A stretch of 62,337 nucleotides of DNA, filler included, from Nitrospirae bacterium CG2_30_53_67 (GTDB taxonomy: Bacteria; CG2-30-53-67), in NCBI GenBank assembly GCA_001873285.1. It is 5 parts of 5 records of this genome, joined end to end, with 100 filler letters (N's around TTAATTAATTAA, not from the genome) between each part and the next. Parts side by side here need not be neighbours in the genome. Positions count along the whole stretch, not along the records: positions 1 to 4,545 come from MNYV01000173.1; positions 4,646 to 10,255 come from MNYV01000140.1; 3 more parts are not named here. One strand, written 5' to 3'. A program made the position numbers and the translations under genes. The notes under the pieces were generated by a model that saw only the letters and a list, made by a program, of their open reading frames with translations, was not told the origin of the DNA and did no database searches. Shown here piece after piece: positions 1-8,874 of the stretch (positions within the stretch are counted from its first letter, which is position 1; the number at the start of each line of letters is the position of its first letter).

Positions 1-89
1 ATCTGTGACGTCAGGCCATATCTTTCTTCTATAGGAAATCTTTTTGTTGTTTTGTAAATCTCCAAGCATAATTGATAAGACTAGGGCCC

Positions 90-190
90 TTCCTTTAACT
101 CCTTGTAGTGTTTGAGCACTTCACTTGACCCCTGGAATCCTTGACCCCTTGACCCCTGATGTCTTCACCCACTCTTTTGGAGATGATCCT
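90..190 (-). repeat. Family C heptamer-repeat element (AGGGGTCA/AGGGTTCA units), left end
   Basis: Minus strand reads GGATCATCTCCAAAAGAGTGGGTGAAGACATCAGGGGTCAAGGGGTCAAGGATTCCAGGGGTCAAGTGAAGTGCT, nearly identical to 56418-56490 and similar to 57197-57270. Confidence 0.85.
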
Positions 191-196
191 TATTTA

Positions 197-988
197 CTAA
201 ACCTCACGGGAAGCCTTGTCTTCTCCCCGGCCTCCATCCTCTTCGGTCACCGTCTGTGCATGGGCCTCCGGGAACAATCGTTCGAATTCCATGGGGTGTT
301 CATGCCGGAGTTCATGCGTGGATATTTTTCCTGTAATCCATACCCAGCTCATGGGAAAGACCTCGGGACGGAGATGCTCATTGTAAAAATGCCAGAACAG
401 GATAAAAACAATGGCCAGGAGGGCCTCATCGCTGTGCATGATATAAATGAGTTCCCAGATCCAGTTCTTGGAGGATTCCGGAAAGAAGAGAGCCGCCTTG
501 GTCGGGAACGCCAGGGCGAGGCCTGAAAATCCGATGACAAAAATCCCCCAGAACACGGCCCAATAATCGAACTTCTGCAGGTAACTGAACCTTCCGAATC
601 TGGGTTTCTCTTTTGAAAGGCCTAGGAAATAGCGAATATTCTGGTAGAGATCTTCGAAGTCCTTCCAGACCGGGATCAAATCCCACCGGAGTTTGCCCCG
701 GGAAAACCGGTAAATCAAATAAAGAACATGATAGAGGGAATCCATAATCATGGTGATCCCGGCTATTCGATGGATGATGCCTGCGGTTTTTGGCCCTCCC
801 CAGAAATGGATCCATGAGTAGGATGTTTCCACTTCCGAAAACTTGAGAGCCCATCCGGTAAAAAACAGAACAAGAAACGAAGTCAGCATGAGGACGTGCT
901 GGATCCGATAATGAATGTTGAACCTTTCGACTTCGTCCGGCAGAACGTCATGGTTGTTGCGTGCAGCCTCGTCATTTTCGGATTTCAT
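197..988 (-). CDS. Cytochrome b subunit (FdnI/cytochrome b/b6-like, 4 TM, di-heme)
   Basis: ERF..YRIQH, IHRIAG, KPRFGRFSYLQKFDYWAVFWG, HSDEALLA...WHFYN motifs. Confidence 0.85.
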   Translation of the reverse strand: MKSENDEAARNNHDVLPDEVERFNIHYRIQHVLMLTSFLVLFFTGWALKFSEVETSYSWIHFWGGPKTAGIIHRIAGITMIMDSLYHVLYLIYRFSRGKLRWDLIPVWKDFEDLYQNIRYFLGLSKEKPRFGRFSYLQKFDYWAVFWGIFVIGFSGLALAFPTKAALFFPESSKNWIWELIYIMHSDEALLAIVFILFWHFYNEHLRPEVFPMSWVWITGKISTHELRHEHPMEFERLFPEAHAQTVTEEDGGRGEDKASREV

Positions 989-1950
989 CTTGACATCCTC
1001 CTGTGAAGTTGAATGGCGTCTCGTAGGGTCGCATAAATCTGCAAAAGAATGTGCAGGGCACAGCCTGCAATCACACCGATGGTCAGAATAATCAACCCTT
1101 TCTCCGAATAGTAAGGAATAGGGTTATCCCTGCCGATCGGTTTGTGCGTAATGGCCGCCACAAATTTTTCATCCGCTCCTTTGTGGCATTGATTGCAGAG
1201 GGAGATCTTGTTTGTGACGTAAACCGGAGATTGGGGATCCTTGTGAGAATGAATATTGTGTGACCCGTGACAGGTGGTGCAGACCGGAAGGTTTTTGCCT
1301 CCCAAATGATATTTCTTCCCGTGGAAACTTTCATTATAGCGCTGGATAATCCGGGTGCTGAACCCGTACTTGAGTGAAACACTTTTCTGCTCATGGCACT
1401 TCCCGCAGGTCGTCACGATTTGTTCGTAGGCTGTTGCTGACTTCAAACGGCCGGTCTTCGCGTTTAGACCTTCCGCAGAGACGATCTCATGGGGGGACCC
1501 ATGGCAGTCCAGGCAAAGGGCCGCATCGGTTTCATTCTTTTCAAAAATATTCACGCCATGGACGCTCTGTTTGTACTCTTGATAGATTTCACTGTGGCAT
1601 TGGGTGCAGGCGGCCTGGGCCACAGGATCCAAGGGGCTCTTCCTCCGGATCACCTGAGCGATGTTCAGGATCGTCTCGTCCACCCCTTGCTCCATGGATT
1701 TGTGGGGATTGTCCTGATAGGTGAGGTGACACATCGTACAATCCAGATCCGCATGCACAGATAGGGCATATTTTTCACCGTCCACATGAAGGCTCGTCCG
1801 AATACCCTGGCGGGTCATATATTCCCCCTTCAGCGCGCCATGACAGACCATACAGGAGAGATTGTCTGCATGGAGATCATTCGCCAGGAACAAGACCCCT
1901 GTAAAAAACAGAAAAGTGATGAACAATAATTTTTTATCACCCATGGCCAC
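985..1950 (-). CDS. Multiheme cytochrome c (7 CxxCH), signal peptide, C-terminal TM anchor
   Basis: CMVCH, CTMCH, CTQCH, CLDCH, CGKCH, CTTCH, CNQCH; 4-nt overlap with the cytochrome b gene. Confidence 0.9.
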   Translation of the reverse strand: MAMGDKKLLFITFLFFTGVLFLANDLHADNLSCMVCHGALKGEYMTRQGIRTSLHVDGEKYALSVHADLDCTMCHLTYQDNPHKSMEQGVDETILNIAQVIRRKSPLDPVAQAACTQCHSEIYQEYKQSVHGVNIFEKNETDAALCLDCHGSPHEIVSAEGLNAKTGRLKSATAYEQIVTTCGKCHEQKSVSLKYGFSTRIIQRYNESFHGKKYHLGGKNLPVCTTCHGSHNIHSHKDPQSPVYVTNKISLCNQCHKGADEKFVAAITHKPIGRDNPIPYYSEKGLIILTIGVIAGCALHILLQIYATLRDAIQLHRRMSR

Positions 1951-2003
1951 CTCGTTTCTTCGATGATTGCACCCTGTTCAACGAATTTTCAGTTCTCTTA
2001 TAC

Positions 2004-2020
2004 AGCAATAATGATGCCAA
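2004..2020 (-). promoter_or_regulatory. sigma-54 (-24/-12) promoter for the cytochrome operon
   Basis: TTGGCATCATTATTGCT on the minus strand, GG-N10-GC spacing. Confidence 0.75.
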
Positions 2021-2094
2021 GATCAAGAAATGTTCAAGTATATGAAATTTAACATATTCTAAAGAGCTGTCCTGAATCCCCACTGTATGGCTAT

Positions 2095-2211
2095 TGTCAT
2101 AAAATTATGACACTATTTTTTCATGTCTCTTGAAAAGCCTTTTACAATGTCACTGCAAATGAAATGTAATAAAATTATAACATATTTTTAAAATGTTGTA
2201 ATAAAATAACA
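2095..2211. promoter_or_regulatory. Palindromic enhancer-like sites TGTCAT-N6-ATGACA
   Basis: TGTCATAAAATTATGACA 2095-2112, TGTAATAAAATTATAACA 2165-2182, weaker copy 2194-2211. Confidence 0.6.
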
Positions 2212-2212
2212 G

Positions 2213-2244
2213 AAAAGGCCCTCTTCCTTGGATAGAGGGCCTTT
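2213..2244 (-). terminator. Rho-independent terminator
   Basis: AAAAGGCCCTCT-loop-AGAGGGCCTTT hairpin downstream of the 2282-2617 gene. Confidence 0.7.
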
Positions 2245-2281
2245 GGGGGGATGGATTTGTTGGGATGTTTGATCAGTCGTC

Positions 2282-2617
2282 TTATTTCTCGGTCTTCACC
2301 ATCTCTTCTTCCTCAGGCGCTTTAAGATAGCTCAAGGCATGAACAATGTAGCCGGAAGCGGTCCCAAACACGGAACCTACCACAATGCTCATGAATCCGA
2401 GGCAGAGGATCCCGAGAAGAATCCCAAGGACAACAAGCATGCGGACTGCGAGAGTGAACTCTACCGGGCCTCCCATGATCTTATTGAGCAGCATCAAGGT
2501 CCCATAACCGCCGTAATGGAATCCTGGAACGATTCCGAAAATCAGAAAGGCAATACCACCTAATACGGCGCCCACCTTCATCCCTGTTTTTACGACTTCC
2601 ATATTCTTGGTTTTCAT
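2282..2617 (-). CDS. Small Gly-rich membrane protein, unknown function
   Basis: 111 aa, hydrophobic Gly-rich helices, AAGGAGG RBS, own promoter and terminator. Confidence 0.8.
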   Translation of the reverse strand: MKTKNMEVVKTGMKVGAVLGGIAFLIFGIVPGFHYGGYGTLMLLNKIMGGPVEFTLAVRMLVVLGILLGILCLGFMSIVVGSVFGTASGYIVHALSYLKAPEEEEMVKTEK

Positions 2618-2701
2618 CTTGTACCTCCTTGGTTGATTTGGGCTATCCCAAATGTTTGTTTCAGGATCATCTTTGTTTTTAACCTCTTGACTATTCCATC
2701 T

Positions 2702-2747
2702 TGCAAAACCAATGCCAAAAAATGGAATCTCTTGTAATTCATTGATT
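2702..2747 (-). promoter_or_regulatory. sigma-54 promoter plus IHF site
   Basis: TTGGCATTGGTTTTGCA (2702-2718); AATCAATGAATTA (2735-2747) fits WATCAANNNNTTR. Confidence 0.75.
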
Positions 2748-2929
2748 ATATTAGATTTTATATGATATAGTCTGAATAACTCATCCGGCAGAACCCGGCA
2801 GGCATGTCATATAAACGAAACACCTCATGTTGCCGGATCTGGAATAAACATTATAAAACAATCAGTTATGCACATATTCATAAAAAGATGACATGTGTTA
2901 TTTATAGGGCTACATCTTGCTTAAACTTA

Positions 2930-3154
2930 GTGGCCCTATTCGTAAATACGGTGGCATTCGAGTGCCGTAGGGCGGTCGGATCAAAGTTGCGCTCCTTGCG
3001 GTGTACCAGAGGGGTACGCGCTGAGTCGCGCTCGGAGATGAGACCGCCCTACGACCTGTCTGCCGCCTGTCTGCGTTGCGTACGCGACAGGCAGGCCCTC
3101 TACCGGTAAACCGAGTACAAGTCGGTACGTCACCCTATTTACGAACAGGACCAC
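2930..3154 (-). mobile_element. MITE-like family A copy 1, with two internal insertions
   Basis: TIRs GTGGYCCTRTTCGTAAATA, flanked by TTA/TTA. Confidence 0.85.
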
Positions 3155-3212
3155 TTAGAGATGCGGAATAAGAAGGATGGCCGGAGAATCTTGGATGGAA
3201 AGAAGGGGCGCA

Positions 3213-4022
3213 TCAGGCGAGGTTCATCATTTTTTTTACTGCAAGCCCGGCGATCATGGAAATTAAGAAGAAGAAATAAAGCCATCCCGGCTGCAGACCC
3301 AAGAAACTCTCCTGTTTCGGGTATTCGATATGGATCATCTGTATCGGAGAGTCAGAGGGAAGGAGGCCGGCATTCGAGGTCAAACGCGAGATCCATTCTT
3401 TTTCTGTCTTCATGTCCGGGTAGATCCTTTGGATCCGGCTTGAAATGACAGCGTTATGCATATATTGTTTTTCTCCCTGATGGAAAATGAGGTTGTAGAT
3501 GCCGGACGAGCCTGCATGGATCTGCCAGCTTACCCGCTTTTCCTCAGGAATACGCATAGAGGAGACATCCATGCTCAACCCCTGCGGGAGGATGAGTTCA
3601 ATCCGTGCGAGGCTGTTTTGATCCTGCGCTACAGCCGCAACAACAAAAGAATCCCCGGGACGGATGGGATAAAAGCTGTACCTCGCGTTCAAGTCAATCA
3701 CAATAAAGAGGATCGGGAGGATCAAGACCACCGCGGATTTAAACGTATATCGCAGATAGTTGAGATTTTCCTTGATAATCTCCCTCTGGATTGTGAACAT
3801 CTCCGCCATATCTTCTTTAAAAAGGCGGACCTCCAGGAAGTGGATTTTGATCTTGTCCCGGATTTCCTTTAATTTTTTCTGATCCGTGGTCCAACTGTAA
3901 AGAAAGACCATCACCACGCCTGTGACCACGGAGATCAGACTCAGCCCCGCATAGGGAGACATCTCGGCAAAGGGAGATAGCACAAAATCAAAAAACTTTG
4001 AAACCATATTGAACATCATCAT
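3213..4022 (-). CDS. Membrane protein with EMC3/TMCO1 (DUF106)-like N-terminus and an inserted soluble domain
   Basis: TM1 (GLSLISVVTGVVMVFLY), TDQKKLKEIR coiled coil, TM2, C-terminal GWLYFFFLIS...KKMM helix. Confidence 0.6.
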   Translation of the reverse strand: MMMFNMVSKFFDFVLSPFAEMSPYAGLSLISVVTGVVMVFLYSWTTDQKKLKEIRDKIKIHFLEVRLFKEDMAEMFTIQREIIKENLNYLRYTFKSAVVLILPILFIVIDLNARYSFYPIRPGDSFVVAAVAQDQNSLARIELILPQGLSMDVSSMRIPEEKRVSWQIHAGSSGIYNLIFHQGEKQYMHNAVISSRIQRIYPDMKTEKEWISRLTSNAGLLPSDSPIQMIHIEYPKQESFLGLQPGWLYFFFLISMIAGLAVKKMMNLA

Positions 4023-4069
4023 AAGCGGCTACCGAAGTGAGATGCTTGCAAAACCCGATCCGTCAGGCA

Positions 4070-4276
4070 CTAAGAGATATACCCTAATCCCTGCAGCCTC
4101 TTCTTCACCTCATCTTCTTCTTTCCCCCCTGAGGAGGGTGTTCCCTGGGCACGTTTCATTTCTTCTTCCATCAGGTCACTGACCCATTCTGAAAGGTCTG
4201 CATATCCCTTTTCTTCAGCAAACAGAGAAGCACGTTCAAAGAGATCTTTGTCGATGGGAATTTTTTTCTTAAACAT
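4070..4276 (-). CDS. Small RHH-like protein with RLxxLGY C-terminal tail
   Basis: MFKKKIPIDKDLFERA...EEDEVKKRLQGLGYIS; AAAGGTG RBS; the longer listed ORF start lies within a MITE. Confidence 0.7.
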   Translation of the reverse strand: MFKKKIPIDKDLFERASLFAEEKGYADLSEWVSDLMEEEMKRAQGTPSSGGKEEDEVKKRLQGLGYIS

Positions 4277-4293
4277 GATCACACCTTTCCTAA

Positions 4294-4475
4294 GTGGTCC
4301 TGTTCGTAAATAGGGTAACGTACCGACTTGTACTCGGTTTACCGGTAGAGGGTCGTAGGGCGGTCTTATCAAGGCGCGCGACTGAGGCGTACCCTCTGGT
4401 ACGCCGCAAGGAGCGGAACGCAGATGAGGCCGCCCTACGACCCTCGAATGCGACCGTATTTACGAATAGGACCAC
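4294..4475 (+). mobile_element. MITE-like family A copy 2
   Basis: TIRs, TAA duplication, CTAAG target context. Confidence 0.9.
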
Positions 4476-4486
4476 TAAGTTCCGGC

Positions 4487-4545
4487 CTACTCCAATACAT
4501 CCTTCCCCGTCATGGCAGGCAAAGGAGCCATATGGAACTCATTCA
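4487..4545 (-). CDS. 3' end of a gene cut by the contig edge, probably alkaline-phosphatase/phosphodiesterase superfamily
   Basis: Translates NEFHMAPLPAMTGKDVLE*, resembling the P..M.GK.L terminus of that superfamily. Confidence 0.4.
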
Positions 4546-4645
4546 NNNNNNNNNNNNNNNNNNNNNNNNNNNNNNNNNNNNNNNNNNNNTTAATTAATTA
4601 ANNNNNNNNNNNNNNNNNNNNNNNNNNNNNNNNNNNNNNNNNNNN
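4546..4645. other. Artificial contig linker
   Basis: N-run with TTAATTAATTAA (stops in all six frames). Confidence 0.98.
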
Positions 4646-5240
4646 ATTCATCCTGATCCGTGCGGCTGATCCCGAACTCCCGAGCCAGCACCTCGGCCGT
4701 CTGCCCCATGTTCAGCCCGCAGTTCGCGTCGGTGAGCCCCATGAGGAGGCCCACGACCGGTTTGAGATGAGCCGGTCGAATCCTCAGGAGCACGCCGAAA
4801 CGGTCGCTCCATCTCTTTGCCTTCTGAAACGCTTGAAGAATTTCCTGCAGATCCTTGGAAAAAAAGATGGAAATGTTGCTCATGGATTCCACCCCGCCGG
4901 CGATGATCACCTCGGCCTCATTTAGGAGGATCTGCCGGCAGGCGTTGACGATCGACTGCATGCCTGATGCACAGTTACGCTGAACCGTGTAGGCAGGAAC
5001 CTGTATGGGGATTCCCGCCTTGAGGGCGATCACCCTGGCAATATTGGTTGAGTCCGCAGGCTGCCCCACGTTCCCGATGATGACTTCATCCACCATCGAA
5101 GGGTCCATCTCCAGACGTTCCATGAGTTCACGGACTACAATCCGGCCAAGCTCGGAGGCGGAGAGATCATTAAAAAGGGTCCATGCCTTGATATAAGGAG
5201 TCCGGACCCCGTCCACAATCACAATCCTTTTTCCCATCAT
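4646..5240 (-). CDS. Acetyl-CoA C-acyltransferase (thiolase), 3'-truncated by the gap
   Basis: IVDGVRTP, VDEVIIGNV, NIAR, TVQRNCASG, AGGVESMS, MGQTAE. Confidence 0.9.
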
Positions 5241-5552
5241 GGAACCTCCTAAAGGGGATAGGATTCATTTAAGTTAATTCGTTTTTTTGAGTATACACGA
5301 TACCGAGATCTGATGTCAAGAAAACCAATGATAATCCGTGTAGTTGTATGATATGCCTCAAGACTTTCATGAATAATGTTCTGCTTGACATTCCTGCTCA
5401 AGAATATATATTTGTGAATCCCAAGGTAATGACTCTCCACCCGCATAATGGGTGGTATCAGGAAGCCCTCCAGAGGGGGGCATTGACCCAAAACAAACTC
5501 AGTGGCCAGCCAAAACGCCATGCTGTACCGCAACAGAAATCGTAACCCGTTT

Positions 5553-5618
5553 GTCATTGTCCGGCTTGACCGGACAATCCAGTATGTTCTGGATTCCCCG
5601 ATCAAGTCGGGGAATGAC
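5553..5618. repeat. Family D REP-like double hairpin
   Basis: GTCATTGTCCGGCTTGACCGGACAATCCAG...CTGGATTCCCCGATCAAGTCGGGGAATGAC; second copy at 29766-29863. Confidence 0.8.
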
Positions 5619-5786
5619 GGTGTTTTTGATTCATCACGAAGTGTATATTTGCCGTCCCATCTGATGTGCTATAAACTTTTCCACTCTTACATAGGCTCTT
5701 CCTCCTGCTCCATTCAAGGCTTTCCCAGAGGAAGAGCCTATCTTATTTCTCCCCGGATCGGTAGAACCTCTCCGGGTCCACCACCA

Positions 5787-5869
5787 GTGGTACGTCACAA
5801 GGAGAGGAACGCAGATGAGACCGCCCTACGACCCTCTCGGTACGTCACCATATTTACGAACAGGACCAC
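5787..5869. mobile_element. Partial family A copy with the core inverted relative to the retained terminus
   Basis: Forward core GGTACGTCACAAGGAGAGGAACGCA followed by the reversed left end TCGGTACGTCACCATATTTACGAACAGGACCAC. Confidence 0.75.
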
Positions 5870-5880
5870 TAAGGAGAAAA

Positions 5881-6516
5881 ATGCATTTAAAGCCGCCTCA
5901 AAAAACTATCATGCTCGTCAGCCTGATGCTTCTTCTGATCCTCTGCAAGGTTCCTTTTTCATCGGAATTCTCCTATGCGGAGGTTCTCCGGCTTGAGAAT
6001 ATGAGTTATCATATTATGGACACGGATCAACCCGGCATTAAAAAATACACCATGGAGGCCGACTTCAAGGGGACCAGGGACCAGGTCTGCGGGGTCATCT
6101 GCGACTACTATCACCTCAATACCTATATGCCCAAAGAGTTCGACTCGAAGGTCTTAAAACAAGATTCGAACCGGATTACTCTAAATGTCACTTTGGACAT
6201 CCCGTGGCCCTTTGAGGATCTCAAGAGCATCCTCCTGATCAACTATGACAAAGACAAAGGGAAAGCACGCTGGAAACTGATCGGCGGGAACATCAAAAAA
6301 AATGACGGGACCATCGAGGTTGAACAGCGCGGGGAAACCTCACATGTCGTACAGACCACCTATCTCGATATCGGGCGGTATTACCCGGACTGGTTTATTG
6401 TGATCTATGCCCGTTCGCTGACTTACAAGGTGATGCGCGCCATGAGGGCACAGATCGAGACCGAGACCTCAGGAATGGATAGGCGTCAGGAACCCGTTCC
6501 CGCGGCCGGACCTTGA
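5881..6516 (+). CDS. Exported SRPBCC/START-like (polyketide cyclase-like) protein
   Basis: Signal-like N-terminus, VICDYYHLNTYMP, LDIPWPFED, WKLIGGNIK pattern. Confidence 0.55.
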   Translation: MHLKPPQKTIMLVSLMLLLILCKVPFSSEFSYAEVLRLENMSYHIMDTDQPGIKKYTMEADFKGTRDQVCGVICDYYHLNTYMPKEFDSKVLKQDSNRITLNVTLDIPWPFEDLKSILLINYDKDKGKARWKLIGGNIKKNDGTIEVEQRGETSHVVQTTYLDIGRYYPDWFIVIYARSLTYKVMRAMRAQIETETSGMDRRQEPVPAAGP

Positions 6517-6645
6517 GTGAAAACATCAGGGGTCAAGGGTTCAAGGGTTCAAGTGAAATACTGATACCGGTAAACCGAGTACAAGAACGCAAGCAAAATC
6601 TCCAGAGAAAAACCTTTAAACCCTTCAACCTTTAAACCTTGCCCA
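6515..6645 (+). repeat. Family C heptamer-repeat element with a 19-21 bp insertion
   Basis: GAGTGAAAACATCAGGGGTCAAGGGTTCAAGGGTTCAAGTGAAATACTGA...GCAAAATCTCCAGAGAAAAA. Confidence 0.8.
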
Positions 6646-6693
6646 AGGGTGAACGCGGCCTTTTCCTTGCTTTCTTGATAATTATTCATTACC

Positions 6694-7479
6694 ATGGAAA
6701 CCATGACACGCATCCGGAATGAAATCCGCGTGAGCCTCCTCCAGATCAATCCAGGCCTGCATGACCCGGACAGGAGGATTGAAAAAACGCTGAACCTGAT
6801 CCGCCGTACCGCGGAAAGCCGGCCCGGGATCCTGGTCCTCCCTGAGATCTGGTCCGGTGGTTTCGAATACCCCGATGTGCTGAAGCTCAGCCCAAGGACC
6901 CCGGATATCCTGAACAGCCTCTGTGAAATCTCCGGGACCCACGGAACCATGATCATCGGATCCCTGCCGGAAAAAGAATCAGGGCGCCTCTATAACACCG
7001 CGGCCGTTGTGGATCACGGCAGGATCATCGGACGGTACCGCAAGAGGCGCCTCTTCCCTCCGATGCTTGAAGACCGATATTTCACGCCGGGCCGGTCCAG
7101 GAAGATTTTCTCCACGGCCTTCGGCCGGATCGGAATCGCCGTCTGTTTCGATCTCCGATTTCCGGAACACTTTGCGGGGTTCCGAGGCCGGGGGGCCTGG
7201 CTCCTCATCGTCCCCGCACAGTGGCCTGAGCCCCGATGCGCGCAATGGGAGTCCCTGCTCATCGCAAGGGCCATTGAAAACCAGGCCTTCGTCGCCGGAT
7301 GCAACCGGGCAGGACGGACCCGGAACACACGCTTTTGCGGAAACTCCCTGATCGTGGACCCCGGAGGAACCGTCATCGCCCGGGGAGGGAGGGACGTTCA
7401 AGTCGTCTCGGCCGTTCTCCGGCCGGGAGCCGTTGAAACCATCCGCAAAGAGATCCCCATGCAGACGAAGAAACGGTGA
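6694..7479 (+). CDS. Carbon-nitrogen hydrolase (nitrilase family amidohydrolase)
   Basis: VLPE, YRK, VCFDLRFPE triad; ARAIENQ. Confidence 0.9.
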   Translation: METMTRIRNEIRVSLLQINPGLHDPDRRIEKTLNLIRRTAESRPGILVLPEIWSGGFEYPDVLKLSPRTPDILNSLCEISGTHGTMIIGSLPEKESGRLYNTAAVVDHGRIIGRYRKRRLFPPMLEDRYFTPGRSRKIFSTAFGRIGIAVCFDLRFPEHFAGFRGRGAWLLIVPAQWPEPRCAQWESLLIARAIENQAFVAGCNRAGRTRNTRFCGNSLIVDPGGTVIARGGRDVQVVSAVLRPGAVETIRKEIPMQTKKR

Positions 7480-7486
7480 GCATCCA

Positions 7487-8374
7487 ATGGAACAGCACAT
7501 TCATGAGTTCCTCCATTTCATCCGAATCGAAAAAGGGCTCTCGAACAATACGGCGGAGGCCTACCGCAGGGACCTGACACATTTTTCTGAGTTTCTCAAG
7601 GGCCAGGGGATCCATAAGGCCGCGAAGATAGACCGCAGGGCGGTCCTTTCCTATCTGATTCAGATCAAACGATCAGGATTGAATCTCTCCACGGTCCGGC
7701 GAAGACTGGTCAGTATCCGGATGTTTTTCCGTTTCCTGATTCAGGAAGGACGAATCCAGACGGACCCTGCCGAAAACATCGAGTCCCCCAAAACAATCCA
7801 GTACCTCCCGCAGACCCTGACTCCCGCAGAAGTGGAGAGCCTCCTCCGCACACCGGACACGGAATCACCCCTTGGGAAGCGGGACCGGACCATGCTGGAG
7901 GTCCTCTATGCCACGGGACTTCGCGTGAGTGAACTGGTTTCCTTGAAAAACTCGGATATCAACCTTGAAGTCGGATATCTGATCACCATGGGAAAGGGGG
8001 GAAAAGAGCGTCTGGTCCCCATGGGTGATTCGGCCCAGGGATGGATCAGGGATTTTCTATCGCATGACCGGCCCAGAATATTGAAATCGCGCCGGAGCGA
8101 TTTTCTTTTTCCCAACCGGTTCGGAAATAGGATGAGCCGTCAGTGGTTTTTTAAGATCATCAAGAAATATGCCCTCCAGTCGGGTATCCGCAAGGAGATA
8201 TCCCCTCATACACTCCGGCATTCCTTTGCCAGCCATCTTCTTGAAAACGGAGCGGATCTTCGATCCGTCCAACTCATGCTCGGACATGCGGATATCTCCA
8301 CCACACAGATCTATACCCACGTCACAAAAGAACGGCTCAAAAAAGTTTTCGATAAATTTCACCCAAGGGCATGA
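7487..8374 (+). CDS. xerD: Site-specific tyrosine recombinase XerD
   Basis: EKGLSNNT..AY, LYATGLRVSEL, GKGGKER, SPHTLRHSFASHLL, LGHADISTTQIYTHV, HPRA. Confidence 0.95.
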   Translation: MEQHIHEFLHFIRIEKGLSNNTAEAYRRDLTHFSEFLKGQGIHKAAKIDRRAVLSYLIQIKRSGLNLSTVRRRLVSIRMFFRFLIQEGRIQTDPAENIESPKTIQYLPQTLTPAEVESLLRTPDTESPLGKRDRTMLEVLYATGLRVSELVSLKNSDINLEVGYLITMGKGGKERLVPMGDSAQGWIRDFLSHDRPRILKSRRSDFLFPNRFGNRMSRQWFFKIIKKYALQSGIRKEISPHTLRHSFASHLLENGADLRSVQLMLGHADISTTQIYTHVTKERLKKVFDKFHPRA

Positions 8375-8382
8375 AGGTGATT

Positions 8383-8576
8383 TGGGGTCAAGGGGTCAAG
8401 GGGTCAAGGGTCCGAGTGAAAAGCTTAGCAAGTAGCCGAGGGGTAAACATATCAAAAACCCCGGGGGTAGGCGAGATGATAGAAGAATACCTAAATCAAA
8501 AAAACACTTGACCCCTGGAATCCTCGGCCCCTTTTTACACACTAAATGGCCGATGGCTCGTAGAGGAGAAGAACCG
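8383..8576 (+). repeat. Family C element; its right 70 bp form a perfect inverted repeat with 10181-10250
   Basis: GGGGTCAA tandem units; 8507-8576 is the exact reverse complement of 10181-10250. Confidence 0.9.
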
Positions 8577-8688
8577 CTTTTTTAGTAGATTTCTTTCTCA
8601 TTGACAGTAGATGTTTTTTGTTTTATAAATATAGGTAACTTAAATCTGTAGTTGTTATGTAATTTGTTTGTAGTAATTCATCGGCCAA

Positions 8689-8849
8689 GTGGTCCTGTTC
8701 GTAAATATGGTAGCGTACCGAGAGAGTCGTAGGGCGGTCTCATCAGACGCGCGACTGAGGCGTACCCCTCTGGTACACCGCAAGGAGCGGAACTTTGATC
8801 CGGCTGCCCTACGACCCTCGAATACGACCGTATTTACGAATAGGGCCAC
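8689..8849 (+). mobile_element. MITE-like family A copy (minimal 161 bp form)
   Basis: TIRs, CAA/TAA flanks. Confidence 0.9.
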
Positions 8850-8874
8850 TAAGCTCAAAAGGAGAAATGACTTC

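Noticed and set aside
4290..4593. Recurrent short ORFs beginning MVLFVN... (also 23138, 8689 extension, 45679, 2804)
   Set aside because: Translations of family A repeat sequence; frames and stops are not conserved between copies
7487..8374. Tyrosine recombinase as a phage or integron integrase
   Set aside because: Sequence is typical housekeeping XerD (HPRA end, no integron-specific insertion); no phage genes nearby
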